Assembly (NCBI RefSeq): GCF_019753045.1
Contig: NZ_JAIELN010000028.1
Span: 11,118-75,117 of the forward strand
DNA from: Hyphomicrobium sp.
GTDB lineage: Bacteria > Pseudomonadota > Alphaproteobacteria > Rhizobiales > Hyphomicrobiaceae
Length of the DNA: 64,000 nucleotides
Direction of reading: 5' to 3'
Below, piece after piece: positions 10,688-19,307 of the stretch. Below the pieces are notes generated by a model, which saw only the letters and a program-made list of their open reading frames with translations, did not search any database and was not told the DNA's origin. Made by a program: the position numbers and the translations under genes. The first letter of the stretch is position 1. Every line of letters begins with the position of its first letter.

Positions 10688-11986
10688 ATGTCCCATATTA
10701 AAACGCAAATGCCTCAGTCCGGCGATGTGACGAAGGTCCGCCCTGGAAGAACACGGCGCAATGTCATTGCAATTGCGGGTATAGTCGGCTCTACGGCTCT
10801 CGTATCGAGTTTTGCTGCGAAAAGCGCTTTAGCCGGATGGAACCCAGCGGCCGACGGCCCAGGGAATAGCGCCAACAAAAATGATCGATTTTGCGACACC
10901 CGCGGCGAAACCCGTGGCGAAAGCGGCGGCAATTCGCGCGGCAATTCGGATTCTTCCCATCATGTCTGCCAAGGCGGCGGCGGTCGTGGCGGAAATTCCG
11001 GCGGCGGTAGTGCCAACGCTGGTGGTGGCGGCGGTGGCGGTGGCAACGCCGGCAGCGGCAATTCCGGCAGCCGCAGCGCCAACGCCGGTGGCGGTAGCAA
11101 TTCCGGTGGCGGCACCACCAGGTCACGCGGAAGGAATTCCGGTGGCGGCAGCGCGAACGCTGGTGGCGGTGGCAATTCAGGTGGTGGCGGGAATTCCGGC
11201 GGCGGCGGTGGCAATTCAGGCAGCGGCGGCGCCAACGCGGGCGGCGGTGGCAATTCCGGTGGCGGCAGCGCCAACGCCGGTGGCGGTGGCAATTCAGGTG
11301 GTGGCGGGAATTCCGGCGGCGGCGGTGGCTGGGACTTTGGTTTCGGAGACGGCCCCGGTTCCGGTGGCTCGGGCTGGAGCGGCGGCGGTGGCGGTGGAGG
11401 TCGGTTGGCTTGCTTTCTAGCCGGCACCAAGATCCTCACGGCAAACGTCGAAAGAACGGTCGAGGACCTTCGAGCGGGAGATGCTCTCCCGACGATTTCA
11501 GGCGACACTCGAGCAATTAAGAAAATTCGAAGTTGGACGTCTGAACGTCGTGGCAACGAGAAATGGAGTGACGACGTTGCTCCTATCAAAGTGTGTCAGG
11601 GTGCGCTTGGTCCGAACCAGCCCCGGAGAGATCTCTACCTCTCGCCCAATCACTCTCTCTACGTCGATGGCGTCCTTATACCGGCCCGCAATTTGGTCAA
11701 TGGCAGATCGATCGTGCGTTGCTCGGATTATGACTGCGACTCGATCACGTATTTCCACATCGAGTTGGAAGACCATCATGTAATTTGGGCGAATGGCGCG
11801 CCGGTCGAGTCTCGGCTCGCAGAATGGATGACGCCATGCGCACCAATCTGGACTGGTGGCCGTCGTTTCGAAATAAACTCGCGGCTGAGAAGTGCAATTT
11901 CACCTTGGTTTGATACCCGCACGACATTCGATAAGATTCGCGATCGAATTGAGGAACGATCGGAATTCGACTTTGCAATTGCATAG
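10688..11986 (+). CDS. Secreted glycine/asparagine/serine-rich protein with C-terminal Hint (Hedgehog/intein-like) autoprocessing domain
   Basis: 432 aa. N-terminus RPGRTRRNVIAIAGIVGSTALVSSFAAKSALA (twin-arginine-like signal). Residues ~60-240 are almost only G/N/S/A (GGNSGGGSANAGGGG units). The Hint module starts at Cys242 (codon 11411-11413) with CFLAGTKILT and carries a later SPNHSLYV (block-B-like) motif. Confidence 0.8.
   Translation: MSHIKTQMPQSGDVTKVRPGRTRRNVIAIAGIVGSTALVSSFAAKSALAGWNPAADGPGNSANKNDRFCDTRGETRGESGGNSRGNSDSSHHVCQGGGGRGGNSGGGSANAGGGGGGGGNAGSGNSGSRSANAGGGSNSGGGTTRSRGRNSGGGSANAGGGGNSGGGGNSGGGGGNSGSGGANAGGGGNSGGGSANAGGGGNSGGGGNSGGGGGWDFGFGDGPGSGGSGWSGGGGGGGRLACFLAGTKILTANVERTVEDLRAGDALPTISGDTRAIKKIRSWTSERRGNEKWSDDVAPIKVCQGALGPNQPRRDLYLSPNHSLYVDGVLIPARNLVNGRSIVRCSDYDCDSITYFHIELEDHHVIWANGAPVESRLAEWMTPCAPIWTGGRRFEINSRLRSAISPWFDTRTTFDKIRDRIEERSEFDFAIA
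11135..11329 (+). repeat. In-frame tandem duplication (117-nt period) within the Gly-rich coding region
   Basis: 78-nt blocks 11135-11212 and 11252-11329 are identical except for two synonymous third-position changes (gcg/gcc, gct/gcc). Each encodes NSGGGSANAGGGGNSGGGGNSGGGGG. More degenerate copies of the same unit fill ~10975-11400. Confidence 0.9.
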
Positions 11987-12026
11987 TGCGGCAGCCGAAA
12001 GGCGCGGCGGCACGAACTCGAACGCG

Positions 12027-12054
12027 CAAGCAGCCCGTGCAAAAGGGCTGCTTG
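12027..12054 (+). terminator. Hairpin between convergent Hint gene and gspD (terminator-like, weak U tract)
   Basis: Perfect 10-bp stem CAAGCAGCCC / GGGCTGCTTG (12027-12036 with 12045-12054), 8-nt loop, followed by AATAAATTT. Confidence 0.45.
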
Positions 12055-12124
12055 AATAAATTTCGCAACCGGACTTTTTATTTCTTCAATCAACCGGGCT
12101 TTCCTGCCGCCCGGCTGTAGCCAG

Positions 12125-14362
12125 CTATTTGAGCTTCCGATTATCGCCCCCGGTATCCCAAGCCGCGGCCCGCGGTGCCATGGACTGCATTCCGCTGCGA
12201 ACGGCCTCCGTTACGTTGCTTGCGTCCTGCGGATCGTGGATGACGGTCGGCCGCAAGAACACGACGAGCTCTGCTCTGGATCGCCCGTTGGTGGTATTGC
12301 CGATCAAGTCGCCGAGGTAAGGAATCTTGCTCACAACGGGAACACGCTTCTTCTCGCGATCGACCTGCTCGCTGATGAGACCACCGAGTACAACCATTTG
12401 GCCGCTCTGCACCGCAATCGTACTGCTGATGCGACGCTGCGAAATGGTCGGCGTCAACGTCTCGGAATTCGTGGCGCCGGTAACGGCGCTGATTTCCTGT
12501 TCGATTTCCATGGTCACGAGACCGTTCGAATTGATCCTCGGTGTCACCTTGAGGATCACGCCGGTATTTTTGAACATGATCTCGTTCACGACCGGCGAGT
12601 CCGGATTGATGACACTCGTCGCCTGCCGCGTGGTGATCGGAACCTCGTCGCCGACCTGTAGGGTCGCCGTCTGATTATGGAGCACCACGACCGACGGTGA
12701 CGAGACAACGCGCACCGCGGTTTCGGTCGCCAGCGCATCGAGCACGACTCTCGGGTTCGACGCGATGTTGCCGACAATGAAGTTCAGGCCGGGAGCGGCC
12801 GGCGAAATCTCGATCTGCGATCCATTCGTGAAGCCAAGGCCGCCGCCTTTACCGCCGTTCTTCTGCAGGAAGAATTGCACGCCATACTTGAGGTTATCGT
12901 TGAGCGTCACTTCCGCTAGCGTGGCATTGATCAGAACCTGCAAGGGCGGCTGATCAATGCGGCGCAGAATGCTGAGGACTTTCCGCAGGTCCGAGCCCGA
13001 GGCCTTGATGAGCAGCTTGTTGTTGCGCTCATCCGGCGTGACGCGAACCCCCGCCCCGCGCAACTGGCCACCTCCGCCTCCCGAAATCACCATGGTATCG
13101 GCTGCAAGCGATGACGTTGCCGCCGACGCAATGGCATTGTCACCAGCCCGCTTGTCGGACGACGCTGGGCCCTCCCGTTCTCCGCCAATGCTGTTACTAG
13201 TGCCGCTGCTACTACTTCCACGGCTTTGCGAGCTCATGGTGGTGGCGATCTCGGTCGGCGCAACCTGCGTTTCCTCGGCTTGACGGCCCCCGCCGCCTCC
13301 ACTGGATCCCGTGAACGCCTCCATGAGCAATGCTGCAAGATCCTTGGCCCGGCCATTCTCCACGCGGTAGACGTAAAAGTCCTCACCCTCGCCACCGGCG
13401 CGATCGAGACGGGCGACCCAGGATTCGATCTCATCCAGGAGTTTCGATTTCTGTGTCAGAACCAGGATCGCGTTCAATCGGGCGATCGGCTGAAAGAGCA
13501 CGAGCCCTTTGCCCTGCCCTTCAGTCTGGAAGACCTGCTGCAGTTCCTTGATGACATCATCGGGCGCCGCGTTCTTTAGAACATAGATGCCGGCCGACTG
13601 GCCCCGCATCCAATCGACATCGAACGTCGATGCCAGTTGAAGAAGCGATTCACGCTCGCGGCCCGTGCCACGAATGATGAGCAGGTTCTTCTCGACGCTC
13701 ACGCCGAGTCCGTCCTGGCGCGCCGAGACGGACTCGAGCATCCGCATCATCGTCGTGCTCGAAACGAACTTGAGCGGCATGATCGTCACGCCGAACCCTG
13801 GACCGACGGACTCACGTTCTCTCGCATAGTCGAAGGAAGAGACGGCTTTGAGATTGCCTTCCGTCATCGGGACGATGCGATAGAGGCTGCCCTCGACGAT
13901 CAAGGAGCCGTGATTCATCGCCAACGTACTTTCGAGTATCGCAAGCAATTCCTCACGCGACACGGCGCCGCCGGTCGATAGCGTCACACGTCCCTGCACG
14001 GCGGGGTCGTAGGCGAACGGGATGCCGAGCGTGTCTTTCAATATGACTTTCGTCAGATCCGAAAGCTCGGCATCGTTGAAATTCAGCTCAAAGCCGTTCC
14101 GCCCCTGCGTGACACCGTGCGATGTTTGCCTGGGCTTAGCCACCGTGTCCGTGCCTGGATATTTCTCGGCATATCCATCGACGTTCGACCTTTCCGGACT
14201 TTGCTGTCGCGTCGGCCGTCCGCCATTGGCGGATAGATCTGCATTCGACAATTGGTCGATCATATCCGGCGGCGCCAACGAGGGCACCACGCCCGGAGCC
14301 GAACAGGCGGCAAGCACCGCACAAACAAGGCTCGCCAGGAACGAACGCAACCGGCAAATCAT
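12125..14362 (-). CDS. gspD: Type II secretion system secretin GspD, with predicted lipoprotein signal peptide
   Basis: The ORF extends to 14470. Preferred start is ATG at 14362 (MICRLRSFLASLVCAVLAAC|S, lipobox LAAC). N0-N3 domains start at FELNFNDAELSDLTKVILKDTLG. C-terminal secretin domain is VVLGGLISEQVDREKKRVPVVSKIPYLGDLIG. A Ser/Gly-rich insert precedes the secretin core. Confidence 0.9.
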   Translation of the reverse strand: MICRLRSFLASLVCAVLAACSAPGVVPSLAPPDMIDQLSNADLSANGGRPTRQQSPERSNVDGYAEKYPGTDTVAKPRQTSHGVTQGRNGFELNFNDAELSDLTKVILKDTLGIPFAYDPAVQGRVTLSTGGAVSREELLAILESTLAMNHGSLIVEGSLYRIVPMTEGNLKAVSSFDYARERESVGPGFGVTIMPLKFVSSTTMMRMLESVSARQDGLGVSVEKNLLIIRGTGRERESLLQLASTFDVDWMRGQSAGIYVLKNAAPDDVIKELQQVFQTEGQGKGLVLFQPIARLNAILVLTQKSKLLDEIESWVARLDRAGGEGEDFYVYRVENGRAKDLAALLMEAFTGSSGGGGGRQAEETQVAPTEIATTMSSQSRGSSSSGTSNSIGGEREGPASSDKRAGDNAIASAATSSLAADTMVISGGGGGQLRGAGVRVTPDERNNKLLIKASGSDLRKVLSILRRIDQPPLQVLINATLAEVTLNDNLKYGVQFFLQKNGGKGGGLGFTNGSQIEISPAAPGLNFIVGNIASNPRVVLDALATETAVRVVSSPSVVVLHNQTATLQVGDEVPITTRQATSVINPDSPVVNEIMFKNTGVILKVTPRINSNGLVTMEIEQEISAVTGATNSETLTPTISQRRISSTIAVQSGQMVVLGGLISEQVDREKKRVPVVSKIPYLGDLIGNTTNGRSRAELVVFLRPTVIHDPQDASNVTEAVRSGMQSMAPRAAAWDTGGDNRKLK

Positions 14363-14831
14363 TAGCGAGCGCCTTGCGCCGCTAAGTGCTGAATCGGAAA
14401 CTTGCAGGATCTTACCCTCTCGCGATCGAGCTTCGAACGCGGTCGACCGGTCGAAACTTCTCTTGCTCACGCGGCGTGCGCGATACCAGGACCAGCCAAA
14501 ATGCGAGCATTCCCGCTTCTTTCTCGTTCACGACGCTAGACCTTCGATGACTCGAAACAGAGCGCGCGACGCCTTATCGCGATAGCTTTGCACATCGCAC
14601 GAGTTTCCTTCATCGCTCTTCGTCTTTGAAATTCGCCTGTTGCCCGCACGTAACGTCATAAATCCTTCGCAACGCGCGCCTTCGCATCCCACGTCATCGT
14701 CCACCGTTCGCGCTCACCCCCACGAAGGTTCATCAACGAAGGCATCAGCCGAACGATAGCCGTCGGCGACTTCGCCGAGACCAGAGTCCGAATGCCGTCA
14801 TCGCCTGCTTGTTGATGTCCCCCGCCATGCC

Positions 14832-16697
14832 ATGACATCCGCCTGTCACAGCTTTGCGACAATGTCCGCCCCGCGATGCCGCACGGCATTGAGTAATCGT
14901 AGCTTTGCATCCACGGCCACTGCCTCGAGCGGGTCTGGTAGTGCGCAACCCCCTTGGCCCACGGTGGACGGTACTCAAATCCAAAGCGCTAGAACGAGCG
15001 ATCACGCGAGCGTCGCGAGCGATGGCGCGCCCGCATTCGAGGACTATCTGCTGGAGCGTGGCCTCATATCGAGGTCTGACTTCGAGAAGGTCGAGCGCTT
15101 TCGTCGGGAGACGGGCGCGACGCTGCATGCCGCTTTGCGAAAGTCCTCTGCGCTGACAACGCACGCTCTGGTTCAGGCGACTGCCGAGTATCACGGCGTT
15201 CGGGTGGTCCGCGAAGACCAATGGCTGAACCAGCCATCCGCTTTCAGCAGTATTTCTCATGCGTTCTTGCGCGAGAATAAAGTCCTTCCGCTCGAAGAGG
15301 TCGACGGCGCGGTGCTCCTCGCCATGGAGGATCCGTCCGACGTCAAGACGATCAACGCCGTGCGTCTCGCATTGGAGCGCCCGATCGTCCCACTCGCCGC
15401 ATCGGCCGAAGACATTCAGAACGCGATCGAGCATGCGGCCCGTCGCCGCGATGCGCCGTCGGTTTGGACGGAGGCGCCAACTGAAACATCAGGCGACGAC
15501 GTCGAGCATTTACGCGACATGGCCCTCGGCGCGCCGGTCGTACGATTTGTGAATCAAATGCTTCAGGATGCGGTCCACGCGCGTGCCACCGACATCCATA
15601 TTGAGCCGTTCGACGGACTCCTTGCCGTTCGCATGCGCGTGGACGGCATGCTTCGTGATACGACGCCGCCTCCATCGCAAATGTCGAAGGCGATCATCTC
15701 GCGGATCAAGATCCTTTCTGGCCTGAACATTGCCGAGCGGCGCCTGCCCCAAGACGGACGCGCCCGCATCCGCGTCGACGACCACCGCCTCGATTTGCGC
15801 ATCGCTACCATACCCACGATCCATGGCGAGGCCGTCGCAATCCGTTTGCTCGACAACGTCCGTCGCGTCTTGGACTTCACCGCACTCGGCTTTTCACCAC
15901 GCGATGAGAACGTCATTCGCAGCCAGCTTTCAGCCCCCTATGGGCTGATCCTCGTCACGGGGCCGACGGGCAGCGGCAAAACCACCACGCTCGCGACCGC
16001 GCTTTCCGCACTCAATCAATCGCACCGGAAAATCCTCTCCATCGAGGATCCCATCGAGTACGAGATCAAAGGCGTAAATCAAACGCAGGCGAAGCCTGCA
16101 ATCGGCCTGACCTTCGCGAGCGCCTTGCGTTCGTTCTTGAGGCACGACCCCGACGTCATGATGGTCGGCGAGATGCGCGATGCCGAAACAGCAAGCATCG
16201 GCATTCATGCGGCACTTACGGGCCATCTCGTCCTGTCGACGCTCCATACGAACACCGCAGCGGGCGCCATCCCGCGCCTTCTCGATATGGGCATTGACGC
16301 GTTCCTTCTTGCCTCATCGCTCCGCTGCGTCATCGGTCAGCGGCTCGTAAGAGTCCTGTGCTCCCACTGCAAGAAAATAGAGGCAGCGCCGGAAGAAGCC
16401 TTCTTTTCCCGGCACCACGGTTCGATGGCGTCGGAGTTAGCCGTGCAAGAGCAGTGGCGTGCGGTCGGTTGCGATCGATGTTTCGGCACCGGCTACAGCG
16501 ATCGCATCGTCATCGCTGAGGTGCTCGACGTGGACGATGAGATCCGCAATCTCATCCAGCCAAATGCGCGCCCGGCAGCAATCGAGGACGTGGCCTGCCG
16601 CAACGGCATGACCAAAATGATCACGGACGGGCTCGCGAAGTGCCGCGCCGGGCTGACCACGCCCGAGGAAGTGCGCCGGGTGGCGCTTGACATATAG
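14832..16697 (+). CDS. gspE: Type II secretion ATPase GspE
   Basis: T2SSE N-terminal domain (FEDYLLERGLISRSDFEKV...), Walker A VTGPTGSGKTTTL, Asp/His boxes, tetracysteine CSHCKK...GCDRCFGTGY. The first ~65 codons are low-complexity, so the start is uncertain. Confidence 0.9.
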   Translation: MTSACHSFATMSAPRCRTALSNRSFASTATASSGSGSAQPPWPTVDGTQIQSARTSDHASVASDGAPAFEDYLLERGLISRSDFEKVERFRRETGATLHAALRKSSALTTHALVQATAEYHGVRVVREDQWLNQPSAFSSISHAFLRENKVLPLEEVDGAVLLAMEDPSDVKTINAVRLALERPIVPLAASAEDIQNAIEHAARRRDAPSVWTEAPTETSGDDVEHLRDMALGAPVVRFVNQMLQDAVHARATDIHIEPFDGLLAVRMRVDGMLRDTTPPPSQMSKAIISRIKILSGLNIAERRLPQDGRARIRVDDHRLDLRIATIPTIHGEAVAIRLLDNVRRVLDFTALGFSPRDENVIRSQLSAPYGLILVTGPTGSGKTTTLATALSALNQSHRKILSIEDPIEYEIKGVNQTQAKPAIGLTFASALRSFLRHDPDVMMVGEMRDAETASIGIHAALTGHLVLSTLHTNTAAGAIPRLLDMGIDAFLLASSLRCVIGQRLVRVLCSHCKKIEAAPEEAFFSRHHGSMASELAVQEQWRAVGCDRCFGTGYSDRIVIAEVLDVDDEIRNLIQPNARPAAIEDVACRNGMTKMITDGLAKCRAGLTTPEEVRRVALDI

Positions 16698-16715
16698 CCG
16701 CCGCGAGGATCTCCA

Positions 16716-17930
16716 GTGACTCTCTACCGATACAGCGCTGTTACCCGCAGCGGCGGCAAGCTGACCGGCGAAATGGAAGCCGTAAGTCCCGCCAGCGTTA
16801 TCGAGTACCTGAACAAACTCGGACACATGGCGATCGATGTCAGCGAAGGTAAGCGCGCTGGCAAAGGGAACGGCGCGATCGGAAATATCTCCGTCAAAAC
16901 CTCCAACAGCCAGATCACCCTCTTCACGCGCGAGCTGGCCATGCTGCTGAAAGCGGGCCTGCCACTCGATCAATGTCTCGGCTTCTTGCAAAGTGATGCA
17001 CGCTCCAAAAACATGAAGCGGCTCATCGGCGACATCGCCGGGCTGATCAGGAGTGGAAAGAGTTTCCACGAAGCACTGGAGGCCCAAGGCAAGGCATTCC
17101 CGCCCATCTACGTCAGCATGGTGCGCGTCGCCGAGGCGAGCGGCACGCTCGAGCCCGTTCTCGATCGCATCGTGCAATGGCGCGAGAAAGCGCAAAAGCT
17201 CCGCGGCAAAGCCCTGTCGCAAGTTCTCTATCCGAGCATCTTGATTGTCGTCGCCATCGCCGCCGTCGCGATCATGCTTCTGTTCGTCGTGCCGCGCTTC
17301 AAGCAAATGATCATTCAGGGCGGGACAACTATTCCTGAACAGGCCCGCGTCGTTATCGGAGCATCGGATTGGCTTATCGCCAATGGCCACTATTTGCTCA
17401 TCGGGCTCAGCATCGCCGTACTGGCAATCATCTTTGCCTGGCAACGGGGACTCGGCCGGCAAAGGATCGAGACGTCGCTGCTTCGTATGCCGCTGATTGG
17501 CACCATTATGCAGCTCAATCTCACGATCCGCTTCTGTCGCGCACTCGGAATTCTGCTTGAGAATGGAGTTGCATTGCCCGTCGCGATGAAGCTTGTGCGT
17601 GACGTCATCGGCAGCAAGTTCGCGGCCGACGTTCTCGACGAAACCTACGACGCGCTTCGCAAAGGAAAGAGTTTCATCGAACCGTTGTCACGCTCCGGCT
17701 TGTTCCCGCCCGTCGTCGTCAACATGCTCCGCGTCGGCGAAGAGACCGGCAACCTGACGGCCTCTCTCTCCCACATGGCGGACATGTTCGAGGAAAAACT
17801 CGAAACGTCGGTGCAGCGGACTTTCACGATCCTGGAGCCCGTCATCATTCTGCTCGTGAGCGGATTTGTCGCCGGCATCATCATGTCCATTCTGAGCGCC
17901 GTCATCAGCGTCAATGACTTGGCGCTCTAG
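16716..17930 (+). CDS. gspF: Type II secretion inner-membrane platform protein GspF
   Basis: 404 aa, GTG start preceded by GAGGA. N-terminus MTLYRYSAVTRSGGKLTGEMEA, two T2SSF repeats and three hydrophobic segments. Confidence 0.9.
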   Translation: MTLYRYSAVTRSGGKLTGEMEAVSPASVIEYLNKLGHMAIDVSEGKRAGKGNGAIGNISVKTSNSQITLFTRELAMLLKAGLPLDQCLGFLQSDARSKNMKRLIGDIAGLIRSGKSFHEALEAQGKAFPPIYVSMVRVAEASGTLEPVLDRIVQWREKAQKLRGKALSQVLYPSILIVVAIAAVAIMLLFVVPRFKQMIIQGGTTIPEQARVVIGASDWLIANGHYLLIGLSIAVLAIIFAWQRGLGRQRIETSLLRMPLIGTIMQLNLTIRFCRALGILLENGVALPVAMKLVRDVIGSKFAADVLDETYDALRKGKSFIEPLSRSGLFPPVVVNMLRVGEETGNLTASLSHMADMFEEKLETSVQRTFTILEPVIILLVSGFVAGIIMSILSAVISVNDLAL

Positions 17931-17961
17931 CAACATCGACACACGATCGAAAAGGAAGGCC

Positions 17962-18465
17962 ATGTTTTCAATGCTGCATCTTTCGCGCCGCAGACGCCAT
18001 GGAGAGTCAAAGGACCGTCACCGCAAGCACGACGGCCGCAACACACGGGACCGATCCCACGAGGCAGGCTTTACGCTCATCGAACTTCTAGTGGTGATGG
18101 TGATCCTCGTGCTTCTCGCGAGCCTCGTTGCGCCGCGCGTCATAGGTTATCTCGGCAGCTCGCGTACGAAGACCGCCAAGGTCCAGATCGCGAGCCTGAG
18201 CACCTCGCTTGAATTGTTCAAGCTCGATACAGGCCGTTATCCAGATGCACGCGAGGGACTGAGCGCGCTCGTGCAGCGGCCTTCCGGCGTCAATGCCTGG
18301 AACGGCCCCTATCTCAAGATCGATCGGGTGCCGCTCGATCCCTGGGGACAGCCCTACATTTACCGCTTCCCGGGCCAGCACGGCGCCTTCGACATCATTT
18401 CGCTGGGCGCCGATAAGCGTGAGGGTGGAGCAGGCGAGGATCAGGATGTTTCGACCGGGGATTAG
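17962..18465 (+). CDS. gspG: Type II secretion major pseudopilin GspG (unusually long basic leader)
   Basis: ATG 17962 is preceded by AAGGAAGG. Prepilin cleavage/methylation motif ...SHEAG|FTLIELLVVMVILVLLASLVAPR. GspG core LDPWGQPYIYRFPGQHGAFDIISLGADKREGG. Confidence 0.9.
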   Translation: MFSMLHLSRRRRHGESKDRHRKHDGRNTRDRSHEAGFTLIELLVVMVILVLLASLVAPRVIGYLGSSRTKTAKVQIASLSTSLELFKLDTGRYPDAREGLSALVQRPSGVNAWNGPYLKIDRVPLDPWGQPYIYRFPGQHGAFDIISLGADKREGGAGEDQDVSTGD

Positions 18466-18919
18466 CGCGCCCGGCAATCACGCCGCCGGCTTCACGCTGC
18501 TCGAGGTTCTGGCCGTTATGGTTGTTGTCGGCATGATGGTCGTCGCGTTGTCGGCATTCAATCGCCCCGGAACGGCCGCGCTGGAGCTGAAGGCGGCTGC
18601 GATAGAGACAGCTTCCCGCTTACGCGATCTGCGCTCCACTGCCATCGCCAGGGGAAAGGACCGCGTCGCCATCATCGACGTCAATGCCCGCCGGGTCGCG
18701 TTCGACGATGGACGCGCGCCCGTCACTATCAATCGCGCCATTGCTGTCGACGTGACTGCCGCTGAAAGCGAACGCCGCTCCCCGACGACGAGCGGAATTC
18801 GCTTCTTTCCGAACGGCAGCTCCACGGGAGCGACGATTAAACTGAGTTCTGAAAGGCAAGCCTATGAGGTTCGCGTCAACTGGCTCACAGGCCGCGTGTC
18901 GACAAGGGTGCTCAATTGA
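18446..18919 (+). CDS. gspH: Type II secretion minor pseudopilin GspH
   Basis: ATG 18446 (overlaps the gspG end). MFRPGISAPGNHAAG|FTLLEVLAVMVVVGMMVVA prepilin motif. Size and position fit GspH. Confidence 0.75.
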   Translation: MFRPGISAPGNHAAGFTLLEVLAVMVVVGMMVVALSAFNRPGTAALELKAAAIETASRLRDLRSTAIARGKDRVAIIDVNARRVAFDDGRAPVTINRAIAVDVTAAESERRSPTTSGIRFFPNGSSTGATIKLSSERQAYEVRVNWLTGRVSTRVLN

Positions 18920-19307
18920 GGAGCTGGCTGCGGATCCTCAAGCAGGCTTCACGCTTCTCGAGACCATGACGGCTCTGACGATCCTCGCAATTGCGTTCGT
19001 CGGCCTATACGAGGCGCACGCGACCGCCATGCGGGCGGCGAGTGCTGCGACAGACGGAACGAGAGCGCGAATTATTGCACAATCCATGCTCGCCGAAGCA
19101 ACCCGCGGGTGGAATATTCATCCAGGTTCCCGCAAAGGCTCGGACGGCCGCTTCAACTGGTCAATCGATATCGCGCGGGAGGAGGCTCCTTGGGCCAGTA
19201 TCAAATCCCAACAATGGCGCCTCAACCGCATCCGCGTCGCTGTCACCTGGGACCGCGCGAGACGCCTCCAACTTGATACGCTGAAGTTCGGTCGTGTCGA
19301 TGAATAG
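18864..19307 (+). CDS. gspI: Type II secretion minor pseudopilin GspI
   Basis: Prepilin motif QAG|FTLLETMTALTILAIAFVGLYEA. Short (~120 aa mature), as for GspI. Start is uncertain: ATG 18864 overlaps gspH by 56 nt. Confidence 0.7.
   Translation: MRFASTGSQAACRQGCSIEELAADPQAGFTLLETMTALTILAIAFVGLYEAHATAMRAASAATDGTRARIIAQSMLAEATRGWNIHPGSRKGSDGRFNWSIDIAREEAPWASIKSQQWRLNRIRVAVTWDRARRLQLDTLKFGRVDE

Noticed and set aside
10975-11400. Repetitive DNA that might look like a CRISPR array or minisatellite
   Set aside because: The repeats are contiguous, in frame, of variable unit length and lack unique spacers. They encode the Gly/Asn/Ser passenger region. No cas genes are present.
10960-11589. 209-aa proline-rich minus-strand ORF (PPPPELPPPP...)
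   Set aside because: It is the mirror image of the GGN-rich coding repeats of the Hint gene. The plus-strand frame continues into a bona fide Hint domain and has a signal peptide, so the plus strand is the coding one.
14471-14831. Possible missing gspC, or a small gene in the gspD/gspE divergent region (ORFs 14656-14910 and 14745-15434)
   Set aside because: Both ORFs lack a TM helix, HR or PDZ features and overlap the gspE 5' region antisense. The region is more simply a divergent promoter.
16437-17462. 341-aa minus-strand ORF
   Set aside because: Antisense to gspE and gspF, with no motifs. It is a GC-rich antisense artefact.
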